A program made the translations under genes and the position numbers. A DNA stretch of 64,000 nucleotides from Haliotis cracherodii (taxonomy: Eukaryota). Each line of letters starts with the position of its first letter. The first letter of the stretch is position 1. The notes beneath the pieces were generated by a model. That model made no database searches. It was given only the letters and a program-made list of their open reading frames with translations, and was not told where the DNA came from. The stretch lies in assembly GCF_022045235.1 (NCBI RefSeq), contig NW_027266271.1, positions 16,368,001 through 16,432,000 of the forward strand, read 5' to 3'. Below, one piece after another: positions 28,701-38,001 of the stretch.

Positions 28701-31700
28701 TCATTTCCTTTCCACGTCTTCTTTGAACCAATGTATTTTTACACATAATTACCCAGCCACAGATTAATTTACAATCTGTTGCAGGAATGGTGATGGTTAA
28801 ATGATCAAATTTATGAACAGTTCTTTCAATTTTCAATCACATTAAAAAAACGAACTTGGTACACTTTCTTTTGCCCCCAGTTTATGATGTGAATGTGAAA
28901 CTGTTTTGAGAGACATTATTGATACACAATAATCTTAAAAATAATTTAAAGTTAAAAAAGTGTCACGTGACCATATTACTCTCCGCTATCTTATTAAATA
29001 TTTTCTCAAAAGGATATCTGAATTTATATGTTAGAATATGTGTATTGTTAACTAAGCTCTTGTCTCGTATTTTTGTCTATTGTAAAATATTGGATTTATC
29101 ATTAAACCTTTTGTATGGATCTTATGGGTGAACATGTAAGTTGGCATTTAACGGAACAAAAACCGTATGCATTAAGTCATTGTTGTTTATTTTTCATTTT
29201 TGAGAATCGGTTGAATCATAAACCAATAACTAAAGTCTTTCTTTCAAAAAAGTCTATCTCGAGGTAAGGTCCTGGTTTCTGTGCACAGTAAACTACGGTT
29301 ATAACGAACTCAAATGGACCACAAAATTTAGTTCGTTATAACCGTAGTTCGTTATAAGCATATATACAACACCTATACAGCAAATGGCCGGGACCAAAAA
29401 TAATGTTCGTAATATCCGTCAGTTCGTAATAAGCGTGTTCGTTATAAACGAATTATACTGTATTTGATTATCGCAGGCAAGGTGTGTCTTGTGTCATTCA
29501 TGTACATGTGGAATCCTATTTGTAAACTGTCATAAACACAGATCCACAAAGCGTAAAGATCTATGTCAAAGTGGCAATTACTTTATACCCCCCGTATGGG
29601 TTAGATATAACTATAACAATGACATTACACCAGCTGTACACCCACTACCCAGACTTGTCATCCTGCACAGTACATTCCAACCAGGAAGATCCTCGTGACT
29701 CGCAAGTATTCTGTACGACCATTGAGGCGTGTTACAAAACAGCAACACCTGTTCTTTTATACCCCGTAGAGTTTCATACACGATGTATGTGGGGTTTTGT
29801 GTTGAAGATAAGCAGTACACTGACAATATATATACAGAGGGCCTCTGTTGTATGCATGGGGATCGCCACACTCTTGGACCTGTTCCACGAACCGAGCTAC
29901 GATTGTCGAACAAAGTTGACGAGTATTACGATGCCTGGAATGGGAGATGTTCGTTTTCCAAGCTTAAAATAAAAATCGTAACAAATCCGGTGATGTCGCG
30001 TGGTTCTCAACACATGACAGTGTTGTAAAAGAAAAATGGTTATATGGTTATAGAAGCTACATTACTATTACTATTACTATTACACGTACTATTACTATTA
30101 CTATTACACGTACTATTACTATTACTATTACACGTACTATTACTATTACTATTACACGTACTATTACTATTACTATTGCTATTACTATTACTATTACACG
30201 TACTATTACAATTACTATTGCTATTGTTATACGGGCGGTCGGGTAGCCTAGTGGTTACAGCGTTAGCTCGTCACGCCGAAGACCTGGGTTCGATTCCCGA
30301 CATGGGTAAAATGTGTGAAGCCCATTGCTGGAGTCCCCCGCCGTGATATTGCTGGAATATTGCTAAAAGCTGCGTAAAACCTCACTCACTCACTCACTAT
30401 TGATATACGCTTCAGCAAGGTTGAAAGGCAGCTATCAATGATTAGAGGCTCCAAGCTTTAGTCAGAGAAAATTTTAGATACACAATTATGGTTAAATCGG
30501 ACGTTATATCTCCCAGGGGTTTGACAACAAACTATCAACATGACTGTGTGACAAGATGGATGGCTCCAACTTTTCAATAGTCCACTTTCCCTTTACGTTG
30601 AGCAATGGTCCATCAGCTCCAGTCGTTGGTGTCTACTGTTCAGGTACAATCGAGCATACTCAGGATTTCAAAGAGCGTCACACGTTTCGTGCTCACAAGT
30701 TGTTACATCACTGAAGGACATCAAAGCTTTCAAAACGGTTTCAGCATAGACATGGGAAGAACATTGCCACAATTTACACATCATAGGCCATCATACAATT
30801 GACAAACTTTTGAAGTTTCTATGTAATGAATAGTTAACTGTTTTTTTGCGATCACACTGATTTATTTTGGTATGAAGCCGAACGACACACGTACGAAGTA
30901 TATAATTAACATGATGACAATTGTGAAATAATATTTGGCCATTAAGTAATATTCGTCTGTGATACAATGACGTCTTAATTAATTTAACACAGTTGTTTAG
31001 TAGAAGGAAATTATTAGTTACAAGCAATTTATATTGCTTAATACAGTAAACTACGTTTATGACGAGCACGCTTATAACAAATTAACCGATATAACGAACT
31101 TATGTTGTAGTCCCGGTCATTTGTTGTATATATGCTGTATATACGTTTATAACGAACTACGGTTATTACGAACTAAAATAAGTGATCCCTATGAGTTCGT
31201 TATAACCGTAGTTTACTGTAGTAACATTGCAGGAAGAGTATACTGGAAATCGTATCTAATTCTTGAATTGTGGTAGGCAGGACACAGCAGGAGGAAGTTG
31301 TATTCAGTTTCAGTTGCTTGTAAGTCACATAGTTGACATATTCCTTCTTCATAAGGTGGTCGTTCCCATCGTCTTGTAATGATTTTTAAAGGATGTTCAC
31401 ATGCCCTTTACTGGAATACTAATCGTCGCGATTCTCTGGCCGTTACAAAATTCAAGTCATATTCTGTATTAAGTGAATATTCTAATCCTTTATAGGTAGC
31501 TAATTTGATGTATTTGCATGCTGTATTATACCATTCCTGTTGATGGCTGTCTTTGATTCCTTGTGCTACAACGTTGATGAAATATGATACAGTAGTCGGA
31601 CAACGTGGTACTTGGGATGCAAGCGTGACATTCCGAAAGCAGGGTCCGCCACGTTTTTACTGTATTTTGTCAATCACATTGGTGTCAAAAGGGACAGACA

Positions 31701-34303
31701 ATTCAATGATATATATGATTTCAGTGGATTTATAAAAAAAGGACAAGATCCAGTTTGTTGGTCTGGATATGTCTGAGGCTGTAAACGGCATATTCCAAAG
31801 AATTTTGTATTTATCATTTTCCATGACGCCCTCTACATATTCTGGGTCTTACCATGGATTGACCTGTGTCAAAACCATATGCATGGCGAAGATGGTAATA
31901 CAATGATCGAGCCACTCCATCATGTGGTTTAAGAAACTGTGTTTGTGCCAGGGCTTGGCATCCACTGACAATGTAATAGACATTTTTTGTTAAATTCATG
32001 CATATTCTACGTTTCATATTTACATTTTGATGCAAAATCACACACTGACGGTTTTGAGTGGGAAGTGACTGGTCATGACCAGCAATCAGTAAACCTTCTG
32101 TTTCACTTTTCAGAACATTTGACTTGATCCAAGCAAAGGACTCTGCAAGGTTGCACATAAAGTCAATACACTGTTCGTTCAGATAGCCTCTCCTAATGAA
32201 ATTGAGTCTGGGCCGAATGTCTACGGCACATCGCTTGGTTGACAGTCATATATGTACCTTCCTGCAGTACAGAACCATCAACAAAATCAACACTGACAGT
32301 GCGATTATGGCTCGTTTAAATAAACTGTGGAATGCCTTGTTTTTATCACGAGTCTTGACATGCTTCACAAGAGTGAGTGAGGTTGGTTTAACGCCGCTTT
32401 TAACAGTATTCCAGTTATATCACGACGTGTCAGCTTAATGTGGGAGGAAAGCCCGAAGTGATGCAGGTCTCAGACGTTTACCACTTCGGTGAAACCCAAG
32501 AGAACGGGTATGGTGCTGCCAAACCTAGAAACCTAATCGGGGCGAACCCGGATTCGAACCCACAATCATAGGTTTCTGGCGTGCCCAAGAGACGGAACTC
32601 TGCACAGCGAATCGCGGCGCCTTAGACGACTGCGCCACCCGTGCACCCGGTTCACAAGAGCATCACCAGACACATTAATGTGTACAAAATACTATTTTCT
32701 CATGAGTGAGGGAGTGAGTTGGGTTTAATGCCGCTTTTAACATTATTCCAGTTATATCACGGCGTGTCAGCTTAATGTGGGAGGAAAGCCCGAAGTGATG
32801 CAGGTCTCAGACGTTTACCACTTTGGTGAAACCCACGAGCACGGGTATGGTGCTGATATTTTCTCATGAAGAACCTCCACCTTCACACTATTATTATTAT
32901 CATTATCATTATTATTATTTAGTTATTATACAATGGATAGCGTTTATCAATACAATAAGTATTGTATCACGATCTGAAAAATATGCAAAGAGGTCACCTG
33001 GTAGGTTTCACATTTACAGATCAATCGTGACATTGGTTACAATCTTTTACAATGCAGACGTGACAGAAAAGCGATTGCAAAGTGACTTTGAAGGGAAAAC
33101 CCCGTGACGTCCACTCGTTCTACGCATTTGCGGCACCTATACATTAAACATATAAAAGGTAACACCCCATTCGCATTCATTGTTGCTCGCAATACTGTAG
33201 CATATTACATTCCACATTCACCAGGACGACACTCGGCTAATCTTAACAGTAATGTAAAACGCCGGCTACAGTGCAGCATGGTATCGAATGTACATGACTC
33301 ATTTAATATGGTGCTTCCCGATTCGGAACCAGGAAGATATCGGTGTCAAAAGACGGAGACGTTTATTGGGTACATTCCTGAATTGTTGTGAATACCTACC
33401 TATCGTCTTTGAGCATGTCTTATAAAGCCGTACGTCTACGTTTAGATATATGTATTAACATATTCAAGCTATGCCAGACATATTCTGGACCATACACCGA
33501 ATTACCGCCCACCAATTAATACTCAAGAGAAAGACTTGAGTTTATGCGGGAAACTTCTACATATTTTCGGATACTACTTCAAAACGCGCAATTTATTTTG
33601 TGATAGGAGGAAACACACACATTAGGACTAATGGCATAGCACTTTGATGAAACCCACGAGCACGGGTATGGTGCTGACAAACTCAACGTTCACACATTTA
33701 TTATTATATTTTATTAAGGGATTCATTGATATGAATAATATACATGAACTGTAAATGCTCAACTTTGTCGAGCAAAGGCTCCACAAACGGCTACATTGTC
33801 GCAGTTTAAATATGAATTTGTTTTATCTGTTTTGTATAACGTAAAATTTGTCAAATTTCATTTTTTATCATCGATATGATGCATGTGGGTTTATTTCAAA
33901 ACTTTAGTACATTTATTCCTATACGATCACACAAGCGGTACTTTGTTTATCACCAAATAATGTTTCTCCAGACTCCAATAAACCCTCAATCTCAGGAACA
34001 CTTTCAGCGTCAAAACAAAACTCCTAAAACCACTATTGACGTCCCAAGATTCGGTAATTCGGTGGGGCCACTCACTCACTCACTCACTCACTCACTCACT
34101 CACTCACTGGTATGTATTGACCGGACATAAAAGGAAGTCCATACACTGACACACATCAGTGATCAATATGGTGTTAGATGTAACATCATTCAAAAGTACC
34201 CTCTACTTACGTATATAACGTCGTTGTTGTATCTTTGTCTCAAAACCTCGAGAATTTTCTTCTCACTTAGGTCACCTAGCAAGGTCAGGTCACTCGAGGT
34301 CAT
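1..34303 (-). CDS. CHS: Myosin motor domain-chitin synthase fusion, paralog A (spliced, 31 coding exons in window, 3' end beyond left edge)
   Basis: Phase-consistent exon chain (GT-AG, one probable GC-AG). Myosin motifs [49 protein letters not shown] are followed by CHS motifs [32 protein letters not shown]. Confidence 0.95.
631..831 (-). CDS. CHS: CHS-A exon ([12 protein letters not shown]...[10 protein letters not shown]...QYDQG)
   Basis: QXXEY motif. Confidence 0.95.
973..1105 (-). CDS. CHS: CHS-A exon (LALDGDTDF...[10 protein letters not shown])
   Basis: DGD (DXD) and CGRIHP motifs. Confidence 0.95.
1612..1749 (-). CDS. CHS: CHS-A exon ([10 protein letters not shown])
   Basis: MYMYYLLG motif. 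Confidence 0.93.
2184..2337 (-). CDS. CHS: CHS-A exon (TPYGAQL...[14 protein letters not shown])
   Basis: TPYG and KRWSQ motifs. Confidence 0.95.
2894..3060 (+). mobile_element. tRNA(Asp-like)-derived SINE, family 1
   Basis: A box, B-box-like GTTCGATTCC, (ACTC)n tail; multicopy in window. Confidence 0.85.
3217..3319 (-). CDS. CHS: CHS-A exon (HIFFDDS...NVFVRTL)
   Basis: HIFFDD motif. Confidence 0.92.
4594..4676 (-). CDS. CHS: CHS-A exon (LDKEQ...DRFNYQ)
   Basis: 83 nt as in B; phase 2/1. Confidence 0.87.
5008..5277 (-). CDS. CHS: CHS-A exon (LFINPFY...CATMWHET)
   Basis: CATMWHET signature. Confidence 0.95.
5622..6535 (-). CDS. CHS: CHS-A large N-terminal TM exon
   Basis: WETFVD, ACKLQMQ and HIW.P...RL motifs. 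Confidence 0.93.
6795..6950 (-). CDS. CHS: CHS-A TM exon ([12 protein letters not shown])
   Basis: Homologous to B 50883-51041. Confidence 0.88.
7475..7679 (-). CDS. CHS: CHS-A exon (FWDVFR, first TM helices)
   Basis: CHS N-terminal WDVF motif; probable GC donor. Confidence 0.85.
8151..8584 (-). CDS. CHS: CHS-A Ser/Thr/Pro-rich linker exon
   Basis: Frame of ORF 8147..8560; cag/gtgagt; phase 0/2. Confidence 0.82.
8644..8810 (+). mobile_element. SINE family 1
   Basis: Full copy; TSD about TCATTTATGAA. Confidence 0.87.
9499..9597 (-). CDS. CHS: CHS-A post-converter helix exon ([25 protein letters not shown])
   Basis: tag/gtaaga; phase 0/0. Confidence 0.85.
9714..9828 (-). CDS. CHS: CHS-A converter exon (...[19 protein letters not shown])
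   Basis: Phase 2/0; equivalent of Y..G.TK. Confidence 0.82.
10895..11044 (-). CDS. CHS: CHS-A exon (CIKPN...[19 protein letters not shown])
   Basis: Myosin SH1/SH2 region. Confidence 0.93.
11256..11403. other. Assembly gap
   Basis: N run. Confidence 1.
11503..12297. mobile_element. Non-autonomous DNA transposon, PIF/Harbinger-like
   Basis: Imperfect TIRs GGGCTCAGTCACAC / GTGTGAACCTGGCC with TTA/TCA flanks; second copy at about 44936-45333. Confidence 0.65.
12336..12391 (-). CDS. CHS: CHS-A exon ([19 protein letters not shown])
   Basis: 56 nt as in B; leads into CIKPN. Confidence 0.9.
12792..12864 (-). CDS. CHS: CHS-A exon ([24 protein letters not shown])
   Basis: Phase 2/0; positional homolog of B 55503-55572. 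Confidence 0.75.
13392..13505 (-). CDS. CHS: CHS-A loop-2 exon ([33 protein letters not shown])
   Basis: Homologous to B 56816-56947; phase 2/2. Confidence 0.82.
13514..13742. repeat. ~26-bp AT-rich minisatellite
   Basis: ATAACATGTATACAATAACATAGCC-like units. Confidence 0.8.
14094..14236 (-). CDS. CHS: CHS-A exon ([16 protein letters not shown])
   Basis: FLEKNRD motif; 143 nt as in B. Confidence 0.93.
14572..14905. mobile_element. pogo/Tigger-type MITE
   Basis: TA|CCGTATTCGAC...GTCGAATAGGG|TA. Confidence 0.75.
15217..15378 (-). CDS. CHS: CHS-A exon (GILHLIDE...FIIKHFARE)
   Basis: Myosin GIL.LLDEE and F.I.HFA motifs. Confidence 0.9.
15957..16185 (-). CDS. CHS: CHS-A switch II/relay exon ([10 protein letters not shown]...[13 protein letters not shown])
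   Basis: Switch II DIxGFE and relay helix. Confidence 0.95.
16643..16724. repeat. (TG)n microsatellite inside a family 3 SINE
   Basis: Direct reading; (TAA)n also at about 2410-2466 and 51877-51925. Confidence 0.95.
17037..17178 (-). CDS. CHS: CHS-A exon ([21 protein letters not shown])
   Basis: Myosin RDALAK.LY.RLF.W motif. Confidence 0.92.
17463..17720 (+). mobile_element. SINE-like family 2
   Basis: Matches the 25524-25802 copy. Confidence 0.8.
17959..18036 (-). CDS. CHS: CHS-A exon ([20 protein letters not shown])
   Basis: Homologous to B exon 60792-60869, both 78 nt. Confidence 0.88.
18508..18622 (-). CDS. CHS: CHS-A exon ([13 protein letters not shown])
   Basis: Myosin LAAILHLGN-like motif; phase 0/1. 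Confidence 0.9.
19010..19106 (-). CDS. CHS: CHS-A exon ([23 protein letters not shown])
   Basis: Myosin-like segment; phase 2/0 fits neighbours. Confidence 0.85.
19235..21560. repeat. 93-bp tandem satellite, about 25 copies
   Basis: Unit starts recur at 19334, 19427 and onward. Confidence 0.97.
22321..22490 (+). mobile_element. SINE family 1
   Basis: Full copy; TSD about CACTGATCAGTTGG. Confidence 0.88.
22813..23085 (-). mobile_element. SINE family 4
   Basis: Matches the 32371 copy; TSD TCTTGAGATTCGA. Others at 32703-32855 and 59167-59435. Confidence 0.82.
23870..24017 (-). CDS. CHS: CHS-A exon ([22 protein letters not shown])
   Basis: Myosin LLEKSRV/ERNFHIFY-like motifs; phase 1/2. Confidence 0.93.
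24148..25092. repeat. Compound repeat (CACT)n-CAACCCGACCTGC, interrupted by an N gap
   Basis: Direct reading. Confidence 0.95.
24243..24379. other. Assembly gap
   Basis: N run. Confidence 1.
25260..25374 (-). CDS. CHS: CHS-A switch I exon ([25 protein letters not shown])
   Basis: Switch I; phase 0/1. Confidence 0.93.
25524..25802 (+). mobile_element. SINE-like family 2 (GTAAGAGGCGACTA core, (AAC/CAAC)n tail)
   Basis: TSD CCTTAAACAA. Other copies about 17463-17720, 38251-38475, 47960-48180, 3570-3780(-), 50235-50440(-), 58600-58822(-), 60350-60585(-). Confidence 0.8.
25913..26032 (-). CDS. CHS: CHS-A P-loop exon ([17 protein letters not shown])
   Basis: P-loop GESGSGKT; cag/gtgagt. Confidence 0.95.
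26087..26485 (+). mobile_element. Miniature non-autonomous LTR retrotransposon (TRIM) with tRNA-Arg-derived LTRs (Helenus-like)
   Basis: LTRs 26087-26218 and 26325-26485 (TG...CA); PBS TGGCGCCCAACGTGGGGC 26220-26237; PPT GACGGGGGAG 26313-26322; TTTG TSD. Confidence 0.88.
26742..27141. mobile_element. MITE-like element with ~70-bp terminal inverted repeats
   Basis: 26742-26812 is the reverse complement of 27070-27141 with a few mismatches; no clear TSD. Confidence 0.7.
27550..27657 (-). CDS. CHS: CHS-A exon ([12 protein letters not shown]...NQ)
   Basis: Myosin PPH(I/V)F-like motif; phase 0/0. Confidence 0.88.
28032..28097 (-). CDS. CHS: CHS-A exon ([22 protein letters not shown])
   Basis: Myosin 'INPF..LPIY' motif; cag/gtatgt; phase 0/0. 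Confidence 0.9.
29286..29460. mobile_element. Tc1/pogo-type MITE (CAGTAAACTACG TIR, TA flanks)
   Basis: Copies at 7007-7162, 31044-31218, 35817-35991. Confidence 0.8.
30232..30397 (+). mobile_element. SINE family 1
   Basis: Full copy following a (TAT/TAC)n microsatellite. Confidence 0.85.
31044..31218. mobile_element. Tc1/pogo-type MITE
   Basis: TA|CAGTAAACTACG...CGTAGTTTACTG|TA. Confidence 0.82.
31240..31560 (-). mobile_element. Decayed LINE ORF2 C-terminal fragment
   Basis: KLATYK...[10 protein letters not shown]...ICQLC....[13 protein letters not shown], with a stop. Confidence 0.6.
31800..32200 (-). mobile_element. Decayed RLE-type (R4/Dong-like) non-LTR retrotransposon fragment
   Basis: W...[18 protein letters not shown], degenerate CCHC knuckle (IVSGC..LA), HD.VA. 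Confidence 0.7.
32371..32650 (-). mobile_element. tRNA(Leu-like)-derived SINE family 4 (V-domain-like core)
   Basis: Head GTGGCGCAGTCGTCTAAGGCGC...GGTTCGAATCC; core TTTCCTCCCACA; TSD TTCACAAGAG. Confidence 0.82.
34211..34303 (-). CDS. CHS: CHS-A first myosin exon ([31 protein letters not shown])
   Basis: Myosin N-terminal DL..L..L.E..IL..L..RY..D.IY pattern; donor gtaagt. The frame is open upstream to an AG at 34340-34339, so the true start may be upstream. Confidence 0.85.
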
Positions 34304-34495
34304 CTCGTATATAGAAGGGACACCTTGACCACGGGTCACTGTTCCGAGATAAAAGAGCCTACAATAGGGGATCTACGTCCAGGCTTCACCTTGTATGTAT
34401 TTGTCAACAACACTTAAAGCAACCTGCAAAGAAGACAAAAATACTTTTATAAACACCAAAGTCATGTTGAATGCTCATTATAACTCAAATAAGGG

Positions 34496-34661
34496 AGTGA
34501 GTGAGTATGGTTTTACGCCGCTTTTAGCAATATGCCAGCCATATCTCGTCGGGGGACACCAGAAATGGGCTTCACACATTTTTGTACCCATGTCGGGCAT
34601 CGAACCCGGGTCCTCGGCGTGACGAGCGAACGCTTTCACCAGTAGGCTACCCGACCGCCCC
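34496..34661 (-). mobile_element. SINE family 1
   Basis: Reverse copy; TSD ATAACTCAAATAAG. Confidence 0.87.
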
Positions 34662-35478
34662 ATAACTCAAATAAGCTACAATTAAGTTTAACATCGTTTT
34701 TGAAAGAGAGAGAAGCACAAGTAGTAGCAACAAATTTGATTCACCGAGTTCAGGGTAGCCTAGAGGTTAACGTTGTCGCTAGTCATGCAGAAGGCCGGAG
34801 TTCCATTCTCACATGAAGCCAGCAGTGATAATACTCAAATATTTCTAAAAGCGGCTTTAAACAAATATATGTTCTCATTCACTCGTTCAAGTCATTCAAA
34901 CACCTGACAGATAATTCAGAACATATGACATATATATATAATAATACCAGCTATGTTTATGCTCTAATTACACAAACACAGCAAAATCAGTTTCACCAAA
35001 GCCAAAATACACGTGTATACCGTTACTGAACATTTGAATCAACCGTGGAGCATGACCCCTCTTTAAAGAAGATGGTGTATAGATATATACTCTTTACATC
35101 GTCTACCTCCTCACTGTCTGTCTGTGCCCAGCATCTTCAATTCATCAGCAACCACGTACCATTAAATTCGCCCAGAACTTGACTGCAGGTTAATTCGTAA
35201 GGAATGTTGGAAGCAATGTTCATATAACACAAGATTATTTGCCATTAGTTGGTTATAACACACGCTTGTCTTCCTACGCTGAACACTTAAAGCCAACGTT
35301 AGTCTTCAATGCGTTAATTCCCGAACCCTCTTCACCGTTCACGTCTTCAACTGAATTTAATCCATGCCCATAACGTGACTTTATTATTCATTCAATACAG
35401 TTTGGCTGGGTTCTTTCGACACGATGTCTTCAAATGCGCTTTAGAAATATACGTAGGAGGGGTAATTTATTCTTTACT

Positions 35479-35517
35479 AACTGTTAGCGAGCTTTGAGAG
35501 CATGGCTGTATTATATA
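35479..35517 (-). promoter_or_regulatory. Candidate TATA box and initiator for CHS-A
   Basis: TATATAA (35517-35511) and ACAGTT about 35 nt downstream; motif match only. Confidence 0.3.
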
Positions 35518-36050
35518 GAGAACGTCAGGTAAGGACGTGTAACTAAATCATACGACATGTAAGACTTACACTATTTGAAAGAACCGATCCTTGAATTCGT
35601 CACTTAGTTATTGTGAAGAGATTAGTGGATGATTTTTTTAAGGTACAAAAATGGATAATTCTGATTAATAATCTTTGTTGTCATTTTGATATTGACATGA
35701 TATACGCCTACTAAAGATGGTATATTACCATACTGAATATATAATAAACACACAGGAAAATCCCGTATATATGGATGGTATTAATATTGTTACGGTGCTA
35801 TTGCCTTGTACGAGTACTGTAAACTACGGTTATAACGAACTCAAAGGGACCAGTAATTTTAGTTTGTTATAATCGTAGATCGTTATAAGCATACATACAG
35901 CATATATACAGCAACTTGCCTTGACCAAAACATATGTTCGTTATATCCGTTAGTTCGTTACAAGCGTGTTTGTTATAAACGTAGTTTACTGTATAGAATT
36001 CCCTAACGTAAGCAACACACTCCAATGCATTCAGTCACAAATCTGAATAA

Positions 36051-36393
36051 CCGTATTCGACGTCTAAAGCGCCCAGGGCGCTCTCAAAATTAGAAATAGG
36101 GGGCTCTTATTAGAATGTTATTTTTGCTGAAAAAAGAGAGTTGAAAGATAAATTTCGTGGTTTATGCTGACACACTGAAATGTTTATATGCGACGGATAT
36201 ATCTTTCCAGAATTTATTTGCCCATAATTAAGAATGCATATAACACACGAGTGCGTATAATACGCGAATAAATAGTTTCGTGTACATTGATCAATTGGAA
36301 GGAGTGCTTATTGGGATTGTTCACTAGCCAATATATCAGTAAATATCGCCGTGGGCACTTATTAGAGCGGGGCGCTTATTACGTCGAATACGG
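36051..36393. mobile_element. pogo/Tigger-type MITE (CCGTATTCGACGT TIR)
   Basis: TIRs; inverted second copy at 14572-14905. Confidence 0.78.
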
Positions 36394-37029
36394 TACGTTA
36401 AATAAGTTCCAAAGTGGTAACTTGGGCTGTGGTGCTTTCTTAATTTGTTTGAGAGAGTGTGTGAGTGAACATTAACCCTGCATGAGAAATATGTCATCAA
36501 TACATGGATGAGAACAATTTGTAGGACAAAGTTGCACAGTCTGTATATTTCGTCAGCTACAGCTGCAAAATCAGGGTTTTTTCCATTAAAACTACGAACT
36601 AAATACTTATTAGGAATAAAGGACACCTTGCAGCAATGTAATTTTTGTGGCACGCAATTTCCTTTTTTCAATTTTGTCTGAATTTTCTTCACAAATTTTC
36701 TGGGAAAACTAATTTTCCTTGCCAAAAGCAGAGTCGATTCCACGATTCCAAGTGTATGATGAGTCTGTGTTTATGAATCATTATCAAAAAGTGATGATAC
36801 CACGTGTTCGCGAAAAGGTGAGCGCATCCTGTTCCACCAGAAACACCCGTCACGAACACATACATGCACAGGCAAGTAAATTGGTCACCTAAAAAACACG
36901 GGAACTTATGGTACAAGTCAAAATAGGGAACTGCATCGGACATCATTCCTTTCAGTGATGCTTTAAATTTAGTAATGTCCTCCATTTTTTTACCATAAAG
37001 CTTTTTTAAAGCTTTACTCAATGTCGTAA

Positions 37030-37225
37030 CATTGACTCTAACTTCTGAGCAAGAGCCGTGTGACGCTCTTTGATATCGTGGTAGAGAGAGCCTGTACGAT
37101 TATGCCTCTTAAGTTGAGAAACCAAGATCGGGACTTCAGGAATATTCCTCGACATGAAGGGGAAGTTGACAATTAGAAAGTTGAAGTCATCCCTCTTGTC
37201 ACACAGTCTTGTGGAGATTGTTATA
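37030..37225 (-). mobile_element. Decayed Penelope-like RT fragment
   Basis: LCDKRDDFNFLIVNFPFMSRNIP...SQLKR; related fragment at about 30530-30790(+). Confidence 0.7.
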
Positions 37226-37349
37226 TCAATAAGAGTGATTTTGATGTGGGAAGAAAGCCCTAAGTGATGCAGATCTTGGTGCTGAACTCTTTGATGAAAC
37301 CGATGAGAATTGGTGATGCTGACAAATCAGGCTTAATCTCGTATTTGAA

Positions 37350-38001
37350 TAATCATAGATGTCTGACACGCATAATCAAAGATGTCTGACACGCATATTC
37401 ATAGATGTCTCACATGCATAATCATAGATGTCTCACATGCATAATCATAGATGTCTGACACGCATGATCATAGATGTCTGAAACGCATACTAATAGATTC
37501 TCACATGCATAATCATAGATGTCTGACAAGCATAATAATAGATGCCTGACACGTATAATAATAGATGCCTGACACGTATAATCATAGATGTCTGACACGC
37601 ATAATCATATATGTCTGACACGCATAATCATAGATGTCTGACAAGCATAATCATAGATGTCTGACACGCATAATAGTAGATGTCTGACACGCATAATCAG
37701 AGATGCCTGACACGTATAATCATAAATGTCTGACACGCATAATCATAGATGTCTGACAAGCATAATCATAGATGTCTGACACGCATAATCATAGATGTCT
37801 GAAACGCAAAATCATAGATGTCTGACAAGCATAATCATATATGTCTGACACGCATAATCATAGATGTCTGACACGCATAATCATAGATATCTGACAAGCA
37901 TAATCATAGATGTCTGACACGCATAATAGTAGATGTCTGACACGCATAATCAGAGATGCATGACACGCATAATCATAGATGTCTGACACGCATAATAATA
38001 G
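37350..38001. repeat. 23-bp minisatellite CATAATCATAGATGTCTGACACG
   Basis: Direct reading. Confidence 0.93.

Noticed and set aside
29489-30028. Cluster of 70-130-aa ORFs in the large intron of A
   Set aside because: No recognisable motifs or splice structure.
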